From: Pirellulales bacterium
Lineage (GTDB): Bacteria > Planctomycetota > Planctomycetia > Pirellulales > JALHPA01
Length of the DNA: 64,000 nt
Reading direction: 5' to 3'
Assembly: GCA_033762255.1 (NCBI GenBank)
Contig: JANRLT010000070.1
Location: 8,548-72,547 of the forward strand
Every line of letters starts with the position of its first letter. Position 1 is the first letter of the stretch. A model generated the notes under the pieces. It did no database searches and was not told the DNA's origin. It worked only from the letters and a program-made list of their open reading frames with translations. This document shows positions 50,738 to 61,509 of this stretch, piece after piece. The position numbers and the translations under genes were made by a program.

Positions 50738-52705
50738 TTATTTTTTCTCGGTTTTTACCTCCGCTAAAAGTTTATTCGTTAATTCATTAATCTTGGCCGG
50801 CGGAATATCCTTGTGGCGAATCGTGCCCGTGGCGTCTAAAAGATACGTCGTGGGGTATTCGTCAATTTTGTAATCATCAACCGCCAGTCCCGCGTCCCCA
50901 TCGAACCAGCAACGCCACGTGATGGTTTTGGCCTCGATGAGTTGTTGTAACCGTTCGGGAGAAGAGTCGCATAACACGCCCAAGACAACGAAAGGGGCGT
51001 TTTTGTGCTTATCAGCTAATTTGCGGACCAAGGTGTAATAGCTTCTGCTAAAGGAGTCCTTATCGGCAAAAAAGCATAAAAGCACGACTTTGCCGCGATA
51101 ATCGCTCAGCATAAAGTCCGTCCCGGTTGCATCGGGACCTTCGATCTCCGGGGCGATGCGGCCAATCGCCAGGTTTTCCAGAATATAAATTTGTTCTTTG
51201 ACCGTGGCTATCATGTCCGTAAATCCGGCTGGTTCGACATCGGGATAATTTTTGACCAGATAGCGGTAAAAGCTGATCGCTTCGTCAGCGCACTTGGGGT
51301 CGCGCTCGGTCTGGCGGGCTTTGCTGGCTCCCAGGCTAAAGCAGGCGACGGCGCGGATCGTCCGGTTTTCGTGCTTTTGGGCCATCCGTTTGAGATAGCT
51401 AAAACCCGAGTTGTGTCGGCAGCGTCCTAACAAAAACGCCAATCGGAGCGTTCGTTTGTCGTTCCACTTGGCGGAATCGATGGTCCGCAGCGTTTCCAAA
51501 AGAAGCGCGTCGCAACTAGCGGGGCAAGTCTCGTTGCATAGCACCCGCACCAGCATATCCAGCGCGTCGGTTCGCGCGGGGGATTGCGGATGATCCTTGA
51601 CCATTTTTAATAGTTCCCGCGAGGTGGAAAGGGCGGGATGCTGTTTTTCCAGGCTGGCGATTTGTTCCGGCGTTTTGGCCCGCTCCAACCGCGTGCGGTA
51701 ATTGTCCATGATCCCGTCATAGCCGCTGATCGCGCTTTTGATCTTGTTGGCGGGGGCGGTTAACTCCGCAAAGGGTACCGCCTTGTCGGTGGTTTTCTTT
51801 AGCAGTTCCGCCACATGCAGGCCGCTGGCGGCAAATCCCAGCTTGGCCCGCTCGACAATCCAGGTGTTCACGCCGATAACCTCTGCCGCGCCATTGAGCA
51901 ACGGACCCCCGCTATTGCCGCCGGTGATCAACGTGGTGGTCTGCACCCATTGATACTCGTCCGGCGCGTCGATTTCCATATTAAATGGCTCGGGCAGTTC
52001 GCGGGTCTTTTGCAGGGCGGCGACCTCGCCCAGGGTGGATGTGTAGCGAAATCCCGAAGGATGCCCGACCGCCACCACGGATTCGCCCACCTCGGGCAAC
52101 TCCGTGGCGATTTTTACGATTTCAAATTTTGCGGGGGGCTTTTCGATTTCCAACACCGCCAAGTCTCCGTCCCCGTCCCAGGCACGGCAACCCAAAACTT
52201 TATATTTCTTGCCATCGCGAAAGATCACATCCGCCGCGTGGGCGTCGTCAATCACGTGGTAATTTGTCACGACAAGACAGGCGTCATTGACCACAAAGCC
52301 GCTGCCCGTGCCGTAACCACGGCCACGTTCGTCCTTGGCGATGATCTGCACAATTCCGCCATCGACTTTCTCCAATAATTGCGGCAGATCGCTGGGTTCC
52401 AGGTTATGACTATGGGACGAAAATTCGTCGATAGCCGACGGTTCCAAAGCGGAACTGGTGATTTCCGTTTTGCCCCCTCTAACCGAGAGCGCCGCTTTCT
52501 CGGTCAGATCCACGTCTGGCGAGTTGGACGGATCCGACTTGCGCCGTGCCAACTCTTCCTCATAGATATTGTTGACCCGGACTTCATTCCAGCCGGTGAA
52601 ATAGACAAACGCGATCACGCTGCTCAGGCCGACGATCGCCATGATCAAGGCGATCCGCACGATCAAGCGAAGTTGCGTAAAGGTATCGTTTTTGGCTTGC
52701 CCCAT
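50738..52705 (-). CDS. membrane-anchored trypsin-like (S1) serine protease fused to a helical middle region and a Cys-less thioredoxin-fold domain
   Basis: Catalytic blocks VVTNYHVI (His), DGDLAVLEI (Asp) and GGNSGGPLLN (Ser). C-terminal TlpA/Prx-like block GKVVLLCFFADKDSFSRSYY...FVVLGV...EYPTTYLLD. ATG 52705 (track start 52720 is GTG). Confidence 0.75.
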   Translation of the reverse strand: MGQAKNDTFTQLRLIVRIALIMAIVGLSSVIAFVYFTGWNEVRVNNIYEEELARRKSDPSNSPDVDLTEKAALSVRGGKTEITSSALEPSAIDEFSSHSHNLEPSDLPQLLEKVDGGIVQIIAKDERGRGYGTGSGFVVNDACLVVTNYHVIDDAHAADVIFRDGKKYKVLGCRAWDGDGDLAVLEIEKPPAKFEIVKIATELPEVGESVVAVGHPSGFRYTSTLGEVAALQKTRELPEPFNMEIDAPDEYQWVQTTTLITGGNSGGPLLNGAAEVIGVNTWIVERAKLGFAASGLHVAELLKKTTDKAVPFAELTAPANKIKSAISGYDGIMDNYRTRLERAKTPEQIASLEKQHPALSTSRELLKMVKDHPQSPARTDALDMLVRVLCNETCPASCDALLLETLRTIDSAKWNDKRTLRLAFLLGRCRHNSGFSYLKRMAQKHENRTIRAVACFSLGASKARQTERDPKCADEAISFYRYLVKNYPDVEPAGFTDMIATVKEQIYILENLAIGRIAPEIEGPDATGTDFMLSDYRGKVVLLCFFADKDSFSRSYYTLVRKLADKHKNAPFVVLGVLCDSSPERLQQLIEAKTITWRCWFDGDAGLAVDDYKIDEYPTTYLLDATGTIRHKDIPPAKINELTNKLLAEVKTEKK

Positions 52706-52795
52706 GTGGCCACCCCGCACAAATCAATAATTGTTGAAAAGAATGAGTTGAGCTAAAGTGGCTTTATTTTAACCTCGCCGCTCTGACAAAGCCAA

Positions 52796-54889
52796 CTACC
52801 TGTGGAAATGAGTTTGAATTTGCGAAAAACCCAATAACGGCGCGGAGCACTGGTAATTCTGGCAAATATACAGGGTCGGTTGGCCCTCGGCCGTCGCGGG
52901 AGCGGTTTTTCCCGCTAATAACGGCTCCAATAGCGGAGAAATCGCATTTTCTTGTGCATTATTTGTCGGTGATAGCGCGGCGATGGGCCACAATACCACG
53001 CTCCTCCGCGGGTGCCAGGATCGCAAGACCGCCTGCCGCGCCAGGGGCCAATCGGGATGCTGGGGATCGCCGGTAAGGACCAGTTCCGCCGTTGGACCAT
53101 TAGCCAAATCGACCGCCAGTAATAATAACCCCGCCGCCGTGGGAAACCGCGTCAAAAGCTGCCCAGCGCTGCGAAAAACTCCCTGTGCGGCGGTGGTATA
53201 TTCCGTCCGGCCGGTTAAGCTGGCCAGCCGCGCAAACGCCAGCGCCGCTAGCGAATTACCGCTGGGGACGGCGTTATCCTGCAGATCCTTATGACGGGTG
53301 AGCAATTCTGCTTGGTCGCTGGCGGTAAAAAAGTAACCCCCCGCTGGGTCGGCAAAGAGTTGCTGCATCTTTTCTACTAATTCCACGGCCCTTTCCAGCC
53401 ACACAACTTCGCCAGTGGCTTCAAAGAGCGACACCAGTCCATTGGCCAGGGCCGCATAATCGTCCAAATATCCCGCCAGCTTGGCCTGTCCCGCGCGCCA
53501 GGTGTGGAGCAGCTTCCCCTGCGAATCACGCAAGTCGCTCCATAAAAAATCAGCGCACTTCCGCGCCGCGGCCAAATAACGCTCTTCGCCAAGGACTCCC
53601 CCCGCCACGGCCAGGGCGTCAATCATGAGCCCATTCCAACTGACCAGCACTTTGTCATCCAAGCCGGGCCTGACCCGGGTGCCGCGGGCGGCAAACAATT
53701 TTTTACGCGAATCGGCCAATTGCTCGGCTAATTCCAGCTCGGTCATTTGCACCCGGGGGGTAAACGCGGCCAAGGGTAATCGCAGATTCAGGATCGATTC
53801 ACCTTCAAAATTTCCCGCGGGCGAGACATCATACACTAGGCAAAACACCTCGGCTGCCTCCACGCCCAATATCTCTTGGACTTCCGCTGGCGTCCAAACA
53901 TAAAATTTCCCCTCGACTCCCTCGCTATCGGCGTCCTCCGTGCTATAAAATCCCCCCGCCGGGTCGGTCATCTCGCGCAGCACATAATCGCACGTCTCGC
54001 GGGCGGTGCCGGCATAGGCCGGATTACACGTCGCCTGAAAAGCCTCGATATAACAAAGCACAAGCTGCGCGTTGTCATACAGCATCTTTTCAAAGTGCGG
54101 GACCAGCCACCGCTCGTCCACGCTGTAGCGGTGAAACCCCCCGCCCAAGTGGTCGTAGATTCCTCCAGCGGCCATTTTATCCAGCGTGGTGGTGACAATT
54201 TTTAAGAATTCGCCCCGCCCGCTGGCCTCCTCCAGGCGCAGCAGCAGTCTCAAATCCATGGGATGGGGAAACTTGGGCGCCCCGCCAAAACCCCCATGTT
54301 GCGGATCAAAGGTCCGCGCCAGGGCCGCGCCCGCCGCACGCAGCGTTTCCCCGCCGGGCGTCGCCGAATCCGCGGGGGACTCGGTCTCGGCCATGCTTTG
54401 CAAATAACTGGTGATCTCGGCGGCTTGCTCTAGGGCCTGGGCACGGCGATTTATCCAGGCGTCGTGAACGGCCAACAGTACCTGGTCAAAGCCGGGCATT
54501 CCCTGGCGACCGGTGGGCGGCCAATACGTCCCGCCATAAAAGGGACGTAAATCAGGGGTCAAAAAGACCGACATCGGCCAGCCCCCCCGACGGGTCAAAA
54601 TTTGCACCGCCTGCATGTAAATCGCATCCAGGTCGGGACGTTCCTCGCGATCCACTTTAATATTGATAAAGTGTTCATTCATCAGGGAGGCGATTTGAGG
54701 ATTTTCAAAGCTCTCGTGCTCCATCACATGGCACCAATGGCACGCCGAATATCCCACCGACAGGAATATGGGCTTTTGTTCCCCGCGCGCGCGGGCGAGG
54801 GCCTCCTCCCCCCAGGGATACCAATCCACGGGGTTGTTTTGGTGCTGGAGCAGGTAAGGGCTGGTTTCGGTGGCAAGGCGATTAGGCAT
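52796..54889 (-). CDS. DUF255 thioredoxin-domain protein (YyaL/SSP411-like, with six-hairpin glycosidase-like C-domain)
   Basis: N-terminus [56 protein letters not shown] is the DUF255 signature. Confidence 0.85.
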   Translation of the reverse strand: MPNRLATETSPYLLQHQNNPVDWYPWGEEALARARGEQKPIFLSVGYSACHWCHVMEHESFENPQIASLMNEHFINIKVDREERPDLDAIYMQAVQILTRRGGWPMSVFLTPDLRPFYGGTYWPPTGRQGMPGFDQVLLAVHDAWINRRAQALEQAAEITSYLQSMAETESPADSATPGGETLRAAGAALARTFDPQHGGFGGAPKFPHPMDLRLLLRLEEASGRGEFLKIVTTTLDKMAAGGIYDHLGGGFHRYSVDERWLVPHFEKMLYDNAQLVLCYIEAFQATCNPAYAGTARETCDYVLREMTDPAGGFYSTEDADSEGVEGKFYVWTPAEVQEILGVEAAEVFCLVYDVSPAGNFEGESILNLRLPLAAFTPRVQMTELELAEQLADSRKKLFAARGTRVRPGLDDKVLVSWNGLMIDALAVAGGVLGEERYLAAARKCADFLWSDLRDSQGKLLHTWRAGQAKLAGYLDDYAALANGLVSLFEATGEVVWLERAVELVEKMQQLFADPAGGYFFTASDQAELLTRHKDLQDNAVPSGNSLAALAFARLASLTGRTEYTTAAQGVFRSAGQLLTRFPTAAGLLLLAVDLANGPTAELVLTGDPQHPDWPLARQAVLRSWHPRRSVVLWPIAALSPTNNAQENAISPLLEPLLAGKTAPATAEGQPTLYICQNYQCSAPLLGFSQIQTHFHR

Positions 54890-55249
54890 GGGAGTTGGTG
54901 GCGGGACGATGGTTTGGGGAGTTTGGCGTTGCGGGATTTTGAATGTGGAATTATATCTCAGTCAGTCTGCTTGCTGCATTCTAACGCTTCTCCCACGGGG
55001 GGAGATTTCATTAAAGAATTAAAATGAAGATTTAATGGAAAATGCAGAAGTCATTTCGCCTTAAGAATGACGCCCACCGGAGAGAAATTAGCTTGAATTG
55101 TCGCGCTCCGCTGCGCGTCGCTGCTAAACAGTTGGCAATAAAGACTTAAAGATGAAGAAATAAAATGAAATTGCAGCAATTCTAACTTCATCATTCGTAC
55201 TTCTAACTTTCCCCTACGGGGTCCTCGCTCAGGCTCGTCCCCCGCCTCC

Positions 55250-56053
55250 CTATTTCTCATACGCATGCGCCGCGTCGGGAAATTTTCCGGCTCGGACTTC
55301 ATCCCGAAATTCGCTCACCGCCGCCAGGATCGTTTGGGACACGTTGGCGTACGATTTGACAAATTTTGGCGATGGCCCCGTCTGCCAGCCCACCAAATCA
55401 TGAAAGACCAGCACTTGACCGTCGCAGTCGGGGCCGGCGCCGATGCCGATCGTGGGAATTTTTAGCTGGGCGGTGATCTTTTTGGCTAGCGGCGACGGGA
55501 TGCATTCCAGCACGATTCCAAACGCCCCCGCGTCTTGGGCGGCCTGCGCGTCCACCAAGAGCCGCTCTTCGTCCCGTTGGACTTTGTATCCCCCTAGCAG
55601 GTGGATGCTTTGGGGACGGAGCCCAACGTGGGCCATGACGGGGATGCCCGCGGCGGTCAGGGCCGCGATAACGCTGGCTTGTTCGGCCCCACCTTCTAGT
55701 TTTACCGCCTGGCAGCGTGTTTCCTTAAGGATGCGGCCCGCGGCCGCGACCGCTTTATACGGCCCGAGGTGATTGGTGGGAAAGGGCAAATCAACTACCA
55801 CCAGGGATTTTTGCACGGCCCGCCCCACCATTTCGGCATGATAGATGATTTCATCCAGGGTCACGGGCAGCGTGGTGTTATGCCCCTGCACGACCATGGA
55901 CATGCTGTCCCCGACCAGGATCGCTTCGATGCCCGCCTCGTCCAATAGTTTAGCCGTGGGGTAGTCATAAGCGGTGACCATCGTCAGTTTGGGCCCCTCT
56001 TTTTTGCGGGCGACAAACCGGGGGACGGACATGGGCGGGGCGGGAGGGGACAT
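55250..56053 (-). CDS. panB: 3-methyl-2-oxobutanoate hydroxymethyltransferase
   Basis: KLTMVTAYDYPTAKLLDEAGIEAILVGDSMSMVVQGHNTTLPVTLDEIIYH and KLEGG are typical of PanB. Confidence 0.9.
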   Translation of the reverse strand: MSPPAPPMSVPRFVARKKEGPKLTMVTAYDYPTAKLLDEAGIEAILVGDSMSMVVQGHNTTLPVTLDEIIYHAEMVGRAVQKSLVVVDLPFPTNHLGPYKAVAAAGRILKETRCQAVKLEGGAEQASVIAALTAAGIPVMAHVGLRPQSIHLLGGYKVQRDEERLLVDAQAAQDAGAFGIVLECIPSPLAKKITAQLKIPTIGIGAGPDCDGQVLVFHDLVGWQTGPSPKFVKSYANVSQTILAAVSEFRDEVRAGKFPDAAHAYEK

Positions 56054-56277
56054 GTCTAATAGGGTTAAGGGTAAATGCGGGTATTTGCAAATTTTACCGG
56101 GATATTTGCGAAAGTTCGAGCTAAATGCAATTCGCTGGGGGGGCTGGCGGGAATTTGAAAGGAAATAAAGTTCCGAGTGGCGGGCCGCACTTGTTCATGT
56201 TAAGTTGAAAGCACGTTTGCTCCTAGGGCCGGGGCAATACCGTCAAAATTCTTTTTTGGGGGAAGCGGGGATCAGTC

Positions 56278-57144
56278 ATGCGGTTTCAACGGAAAAATTT
56301 GCCGTTAGCGTCTTTTGGTCCGTTGTTGGTGGTCGCAATTTCCGTATTTGCGTCGTGTTATGGCACCGCGATCATGGCGCAGCAGCAGCAGCCTCCCAAG
56401 ACGGAAACCATGGAGACCGAGATCACCATTCAGGGGATCAAGGGGAACATCTGCCAAGCCATGATTGGCGAAAAGCCCTGGCTGTTGCAAATCGACCCGA
56501 AATTAACGGTGGAAGTGATCGGCACGGCGGAAGTGGACTTTTTGCCCTTGGTGCAGGCCCCCCTAATGCTGCGGTTCAAGGCGGAAGTTCATAAGAAAAA
56601 AATGGAAGCGACCGAGCCGGTCAGCGCGTTTGAAGTGATCAATATCTCGGAGCGGGATAAACCGGGCATCATTGACGATTCTCCCCCCAGCCTCGATGAA
56701 CCCAAAAAAGGCCCTCCGCCCCAGACCGTGCCGGTGATTGTGCAAGGACCAGTGACTGGGCTTAAAAATGGGATCTTGCAAGTCGGCAAAGTCAAAATCA
56801 AAGTCGATCCCGCCGCCGTGATCGAACTTAATCTGACAGATCCGCGGGCGTTAGCGCTGCTCCCGCCCGCGACCCCCTTGACCTGCAAAATCGAATATTA
56901 CCCCGGCATGGATGGTCGGGGAATTCTTAAGGATGTCAAAGTTAAACTAGCCGAACCGCTGGCCGCTCCTAAAAAGCCGATGCCCAAGAAACCAGCTTCT
57001 GCTAAAGATAAAGCCAAGAATAAAGGGAAGGATCCGGAACCCACCGCTGAGGAAAAACCTGACTCCGACAAAAAACCGGCTAATGAGGAAAAAACCGCCG
57101 AGACCGAAAAACCAGGGGATGAACCTACGGAAGAAAAAGAATAA
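56278..57144 (+). CDS. hypothetical secreted protein with Lys/Glu/Pro-rich tail
   Basis: Signal-like N-terminus (MRFQRKNLPLASFGPLLVVAISVFASCYGTAIMAQ). The C-terminal ~70 aa are KPxK/E-rich. Confidence 0.5.
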   Translation: MRFQRKNLPLASFGPLLVVAISVFASCYGTAIMAQQQQPPKTETMETEITIQGIKGNICQAMIGEKPWLLQIDPKLTVEVIGTAEVDFLPLVQAPLMLRFKAEVHKKKMEATEPVSAFEVINISERDKPGIIDDSPPSLDEPKKGPPPQTVPVIVQGPVTGLKNGILQVGKVKIKVDPAAVIELNLTDPRALALLPPATPLTCKIEYYPGMDGRGILKDVKVKLAEPLAAPKKPMPKKPASAKDKAKNKGKDPEPTAEEKPDSDKKPANEEKTAETEKPGDEPTEEKE

Positions 57145-57265
57145 TGCGGGTCGGCGCAAAGGAAATATTGTGGCGACCAAGTAGTGTGGCGCTAGTGAAG
57201 CGCAGGTCGGCCACCCCAGGGTGCTGAACATTCCACTCTGGCATCTAATTCCCCGGAGAGCGTAC

Positions 57266-57637
57266 TTAAGCCGCGGTTGACAGAATTCGCGGCACACAGA
57301 TCACTAGCACCGCCGCCAGGATCAGCCCAAACGCCAGCCAGTCTCCGGGATGCACTTTTTCCCGCAGGTAAAGCCAGTTAAACAGCAAAAACGCAAGAAT
57401 TGAGATAACCTCTTGCATGATCTTGAGCTGCGGAGAGCTGATCCCCCCGGCATGTCCCAGGCGGTTGGCTGGAACCTGAAAACAATATTCCGGCAAGGCG
57501 ATCAGCCAGCTAGCCAAAATTGTTAGCCATAATGCGGAATGACTGAACCGCAAGTGGCCATACCAGGCGAGCGTCATAAACAGATTGGAACAAAATAATA
57601 AAGCCGCAGTCTGGAAATAAACGTATGGCATGGGCAT
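57266..57637 (-). CDS. DMT-superfamily small membrane protein (DUF486)
   Basis: SNLFMTLAWYGHLRF, EYCFQVPANRLG and QLKIMQEVISI match the DUF486 pattern. Start at ATG 57637 or 57631. Confidence 0.75.
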   Translation of the reverse strand: MPMPYVYFQTAALLFCSNLFMTLAWYGHLRFSHSALWLTILASWLIALPEYCFQVPANRLGHAGGISSPQLKIMQEVISILAFLLFNWLYLREKVHPGDWLAFGLILAAVLVICVPRILSTAA

Positions 57638-57726
57638 GTTTCTTTTGATGTCGAGCACAAGAGTCAGATCCGAATTCAGCAAATCCGCCGTATGAACGAG
57701 GTCGAGTCCGCACTCTCAGAAGAGCG

Positions 57727-59325
57727 CTACGGGCGGGCAAAAAATCGCGCTAACGGTTCCGCCGACCCCGGCTTCCATAAAAGGACTTCCCCCGTGGAGG
57801 TGGTGCCCACGATCCAATCCCGCGCGGCAAAGTGCTGGAGGGTTAATAGATCACCGCTGGCTCCCTGGTATCGCTGGACTTGCCGTCGGCTGGCCCAATT
57901 TAGCTCATATATTTCACCGTCGATAGCCAGTAGCAGGTTTTCCCCCACCAGCGCGCTGCCGCGAACTTCTCCCTTGGGAATGGTAAACGGATTTCCCCGC
58001 TGGGAGCGATTTCGTTCCGCTTCGTCCGGGATCTTTTCCGCGTCTTTTTGGGATTTGGGTGAAAACAACTCTCCTGTATTACCGACCCATTCATGGATTT
58101 TTCCCTCGGCGGCGGTCCACGCATATCCAGCTAGGGGAGAGAAATCGCTCCGTCCCCGCGGATGTTCGACATCGGTAAACGTGCTTTCGATGTTGCCATT
58201 GCCAGCGTCCAGAAGACGGCTGGTTTTGTCGCGACTGGCGGTCAGCAGATACTTTCCATCGGCGGACCACGCTAAACAAGTCACCCAATCCGCGTGGGGC
58301 GACGTTTGCCAGACTTCCTCAAATTGAATTTCGGCTGGTGGATGCTTCTCGGGTGGGGCGGGAGTCTCTGGCTGGGTTGCTGGGGATGGGAAGGCTTTCA
58401 TGGTGTTGATTTGCCGCCAAACCCGAACCGTCCGATCGGCTCCCGCCGCGGCCAGTTGGGTCCCATCGGGCGACCAAGAGACGGCGGTAAAGACCTCTCC
58501 CCCTTGGGCAAGTTCTGCGATTAAAGACTCGTGCTCCAGGTCATAAACTTGGACCACTCCCAACTCCGCGGGAATCCCACCCGCCAGCGCGATCAAATTG
58601 CCACGGGGGGAAATGGCCAAGGCTAAAATTCGTTCGGGTAATGGGCCAATACGCCGCAGCAGTTTTCCAGCGGGCAGGCTCCACAAGGTCAATTCACGGT
58701 AACCCGCCGTCAACAACCGCGCCGCGGAGTCGGGATTGGAGGCGGAATTTGCCACGGGGATAATTGCCGCCGCACTGATCGGCCAGGCACCTGGGTAGCG
58801 CGCGGGTGCCGGGGGGAGCGGCGCGCGGATGGCCACTTCGCGCAGGTGAAGAGTGGGATTGGCATGGTCGTAAGCGGCTCCGGCCACGATCCAGTTTTTT
58901 AGCGTTTGAATTTCCTCTGCGGAAAGCGCTGGACGCTCGAGCGGCATCCGCTGGGCGGGGTCGGCATGGGTGATCAAGCGCAACCATTCACTATCGGACA
59001 ATTTTCCCGGAGTAAACGGAGCGGCCGTGCTAGCGCCGGGTGTGGTCAGTTTTTCCCAGGTATGCAGTTGGTAATCTCCCGCCGGATTTTTCAGACCGTG
59101 ACAGGCGACGCAGTGTTTTAAGAGGATCGGCGCGATGTCACGGACAAAGCTGGGGGGAGGAGTACTTTCAGCCGCAGTCGCCGAGTTCACAGTCGCCGAG
59201 GACGCAGTTGCCGAGGACGCAGTCGGTGAGGCTTCTTGACAAAAGGAGTCGAGCGGCATTGCCAAAAGCAAGCAGACCCAAACCAGCGTTCGCTGGACCG
59301 CATTTGATATACAGCTTTGTGTCAT
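57727..59325 (-). CDS. planctomycete cytochrome-c domain (PSCyt1) + WD40 repeat protein
   Basis: FVRDIAPILLKHCVACHG (CxxCH) is at the N-terminus. WD40 blocks are VSWSPDGTQLAAAGADRTVRVW and LAWSADGKYLLTASRDKTSRL. GGGAGGA precedes ATG 59325 (track start 59355 is TTG). Confidence 0.8.
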   Translation of the reverse strand: MTQSCISNAVQRTLVWVCLLLAMPLDSFCQEASPTASSATASSATVNSATAAESTPPPSFVRDIAPILLKHCVACHGLKNPAGDYQLHTWEKLTTPGASTAAPFTPGKLSDSEWLRLITHADPAQRMPLERPALSAEEIQTLKNWIVAGAAYDHANPTLHLREVAIRAPLPPAPARYPGAWPISAAAIIPVANSASNPDSAARLLTAGYRELTLWSLPAGKLLRRIGPLPERILALAISPRGNLIALAGGIPAELGVVQVYDLEHESLIAELAQGGEVFTAVSWSPDGTQLAAAGADRTVRVWRQINTMKAFPSPATQPETPAPPEKHPPAEIQFEEVWQTSPHADWVTCLAWSADGKYLLTASRDKTSRLLDAGNGNIESTFTDVEHPRGRSDFSPLAGYAWTAAEGKIHEWVGNTGELFSPKSQKDAEKIPDEAERNRSQRGNPFTIPKGEVRGSALVGENLLLAIDGEIYELNWASRRQVQRYQGASGDLLTLQHFAARDWIVGTTSTGEVLLWKPGSAEPLARFFARP

Positions 59326-59370
59326 ATTAGCTTTCCTCCCTATCGTGGTGATCAATACACCTGCTGGATT

Positions 59371-61509
59371 TTACCCGATAAACACCTGCGGCTGCTTGGC
59401 GGGGTCGGGTTCGGCCTTGCGAATCAGTTCGCTGACCATCCAGGGGATGTTTCCTTCGCCAAAGAGCAAAAAGCTAAAACTGGCGGCCATGGGGCTTTCG
59501 TTGGACCAGCCAAAGTGAATTTCAGGAGGGGTGCCATTGCGCGAAAGCTCTAATGAAATAATGGCAATCACGTGGGCGATCGACACGCACCGCTGCACGC
59601 CAATGACAAACCGCCCCTCTTCCTCGCGAATGGTCATCAGCGGCTTCATTTCAAATTCGCTGGGGTCCCCGAGTTCGGCCTCGATAAACACCACCGGCAC
59701 CTCCGGCCCCAGGCGGTGACGTTGGCGGATATTGGCGTCCTTTTGGATCAAATCGCGGTTGCCAGGACGATGCGGCACCAGGACGGGAAACTCCAAAAAT
59801 TTCAGGCTTTCCCATAAAAAACGGGACTGGTCGTCGGCAAATTCAAAACCCTGAAACCGGAGTTCGGTGCTGCGCTGTAACCGCGACCAAAACGAAGCGA
59901 CCAATATCGACAAGATAAAGCAACTGGCGATAATCATGCCGGTCGGTCGTTCATACACATTCGCGGCGGTCGTATAAAAAAACACGCCCGTAATCAGGGC
60001 GTACGCCCAGGGCCAAGCCAGGATACCTTGGTGGCGATGTTCCCGCCATTTGTCAATCAGTGTCGCCAGGCATGCGCTGGACATGAGCACCAGCACGCCC
60101 GTGGCATAGGCCGCCCCCTGGGCCGTGACATCGGCGTTAAAGACCCAGGTGACGAATAAATTGATAACGGTAAATAAAATCACCAGCGGCCGCGTGGCCC
60201 GCGCCCACTCCGGCGCCATGCCATAGCGGGGGAGGTACTTGGGCATCAGGTTGAGCAAACCGGCCATGGCGCTGGCGCCGGCAAAGGCCAAGATGGCGAT
60301 GGTGCTAATGTCATAAATCGTGCCAAAAATCTCCCCAAAGATCGGCACATGCAGGCGTTGCAGGTTTTTCCCTTCGCCATGGGCCAGAAAGGCCAGCGTC
60401 CGTTCGACCGCCAAGCCACGGTAGCCCTTGGATTGGATTTTGTCCTTGTCGCCGGGCAAGTGATCCAGTTCGGCGGGACTCATCCGCGCGACTTCTTCCA
60501 CGCTAAAGCGGTGCAAGAAAATTGGATTGACCAGTGTGGCGGTAACAATTGACGACCCGATCAGCATGACCGACATGATAAGCGCCGCCACCAATAACAA
60601 CTTGCGGGTGTTGCGTATTCTTCCCGCGGGATGATGCGGGTCGTCTCCCGGATCCCCCTGGACCAGGGGCATGACCGCGACGCCGGTTTCAAAACCGCTT
60701 AGACCCAGGGCCAATTTGGGGAAAATAAGCAGGGAAATCCCCAAAATGGTCCACCAGCCGGTCCCCGACAGGGGAATATGGTCTGGATTAATTTCCCAGT
60801 GTCCGGATTGAACCGAATTGAACCAGTCGAAAAAGTACTGCGGATGAAAGATCAAATAACCGATCCCCGCGCCGATAATGATGGCGTTCAATGCCAAAAA
60901 GACCACGGTAATCGCCACGGCGACGCCGATGACTTCTTGAAATCCGCGCAGAAACATGGCCCCCAGCATGGTTAAGAGCGCCAGCGTAAACACCATCCGT
61001 TCGCGGTCGATGCCCATTGTAGCCAGCCAGGGGGGGGCATGGTTGACGCGGAATTCTTCCCAATAATGGTTTTCCACCAGATGGACTGCCGCATCCGCCG
61101 CGGAGAGCGTTTTTGTAATGATAAAATCCGTCGCGGCAAAGCCCAACAGCACCAGGACCAGGGTTTTTCCCACCCAGCCATGCAGCAGTTTTTCCAGCAT
61201 GGCGATGGAGCCCTGGCCCAGGGGGGACTTGGATGCCACATGGCTATACACGGGGAGCGCGCCAAAGAGAGTCAAAAGGACCAGGACGCCGGTTGCTAGC
61301 GGCGCCAATAGTCCCGCGGCTTCAAACGCCAGGTAGGGCTGATAGCCTAGGGTGCTAAAGTAATCGACCCCGGTCAGGCACATCACCGCTAACCAGGGGC
61401 TTTGGTGGTGTTCGGCATGGCCCGGGTCGGTGGCCAAACTGGGAATGGGGGCCGTGGCGCCTTTCGTGGAAGGAAGCAAATTAGCGGCAGCGGTCATAGG
61501 AGCGGACAT
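59371..61509 (-). CDS. polytopic membrane transporter (APC-superfamily-like) with ~170-aa soluble C-terminal domain
   Basis: About 12 hydrophobic helices are followed by a soluble C-terminus. The gene is 45 nt upstream of the PSCyt1-WD40 gene on the same strand. The family assignment is tentative. ATG 61509. Confidence 0.4.
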   Translation of the reverse strand: MSAPMTAAANLLPSTKGATAPIPSLATDPGHAEHHQSPWLAVMCLTGVDYFSTLGYQPYLAFEAAGLLAPLATGVLVLLTLFGALPVYSHVASKSPLGQGSIAMLEKLLHGWVGKTLVLVLLGFAATDFIITKTLSAADAAVHLVENHYWEEFRVNHAPPWLATMGIDRERMVFTLALLTMLGAMFLRGFQEVIGVAVAITVVFLALNAIIIGAGIGYLIFHPQYFFDWFNSVQSGHWEINPDHIPLSGTGWWTILGISLLIFPKLALGLSGFETGVAVMPLVQGDPGDDPHHPAGRIRNTRKLLLVAALIMSVMLIGSSIVTATLVNPIFLHRFSVEEVARMSPAELDHLPGDKDKIQSKGYRGLAVERTLAFLAHGEGKNLQRLHVPIFGEIFGTIYDISTIAILAFAGASAMAGLLNLMPKYLPRYGMAPEWARATRPLVILFTVINLFVTWVFNADVTAQGAAYATGVLVLMSSACLATLIDKWREHRHQGILAWPWAYALITGVFFYTTAANVYERPTGMIIASCFILSILVASFWSRLQRSTELRFQGFEFADDQSRFLWESLKFLEFPVLVPHRPGNRDLIQKDANIRQRHRLGPEVPVVFIEAELGDPSEFEMKPLMTIREEEGRFVIGVQRCVSIAHVIAIISLELSRNGTPPEIHFGWSNESPMAASFSFLLFGEGNIPWMVSELIRKAEPDPAKQPQVFIG

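Noticed and set aside
55051-55302. 83-aa minus-strand ORF between DUF255 and panB
   Set aside because: It is composed of intergenic repeat sequence (it contains the shared 20-mer and TTCTAAC repeats) and overlaps the panB 3' end.
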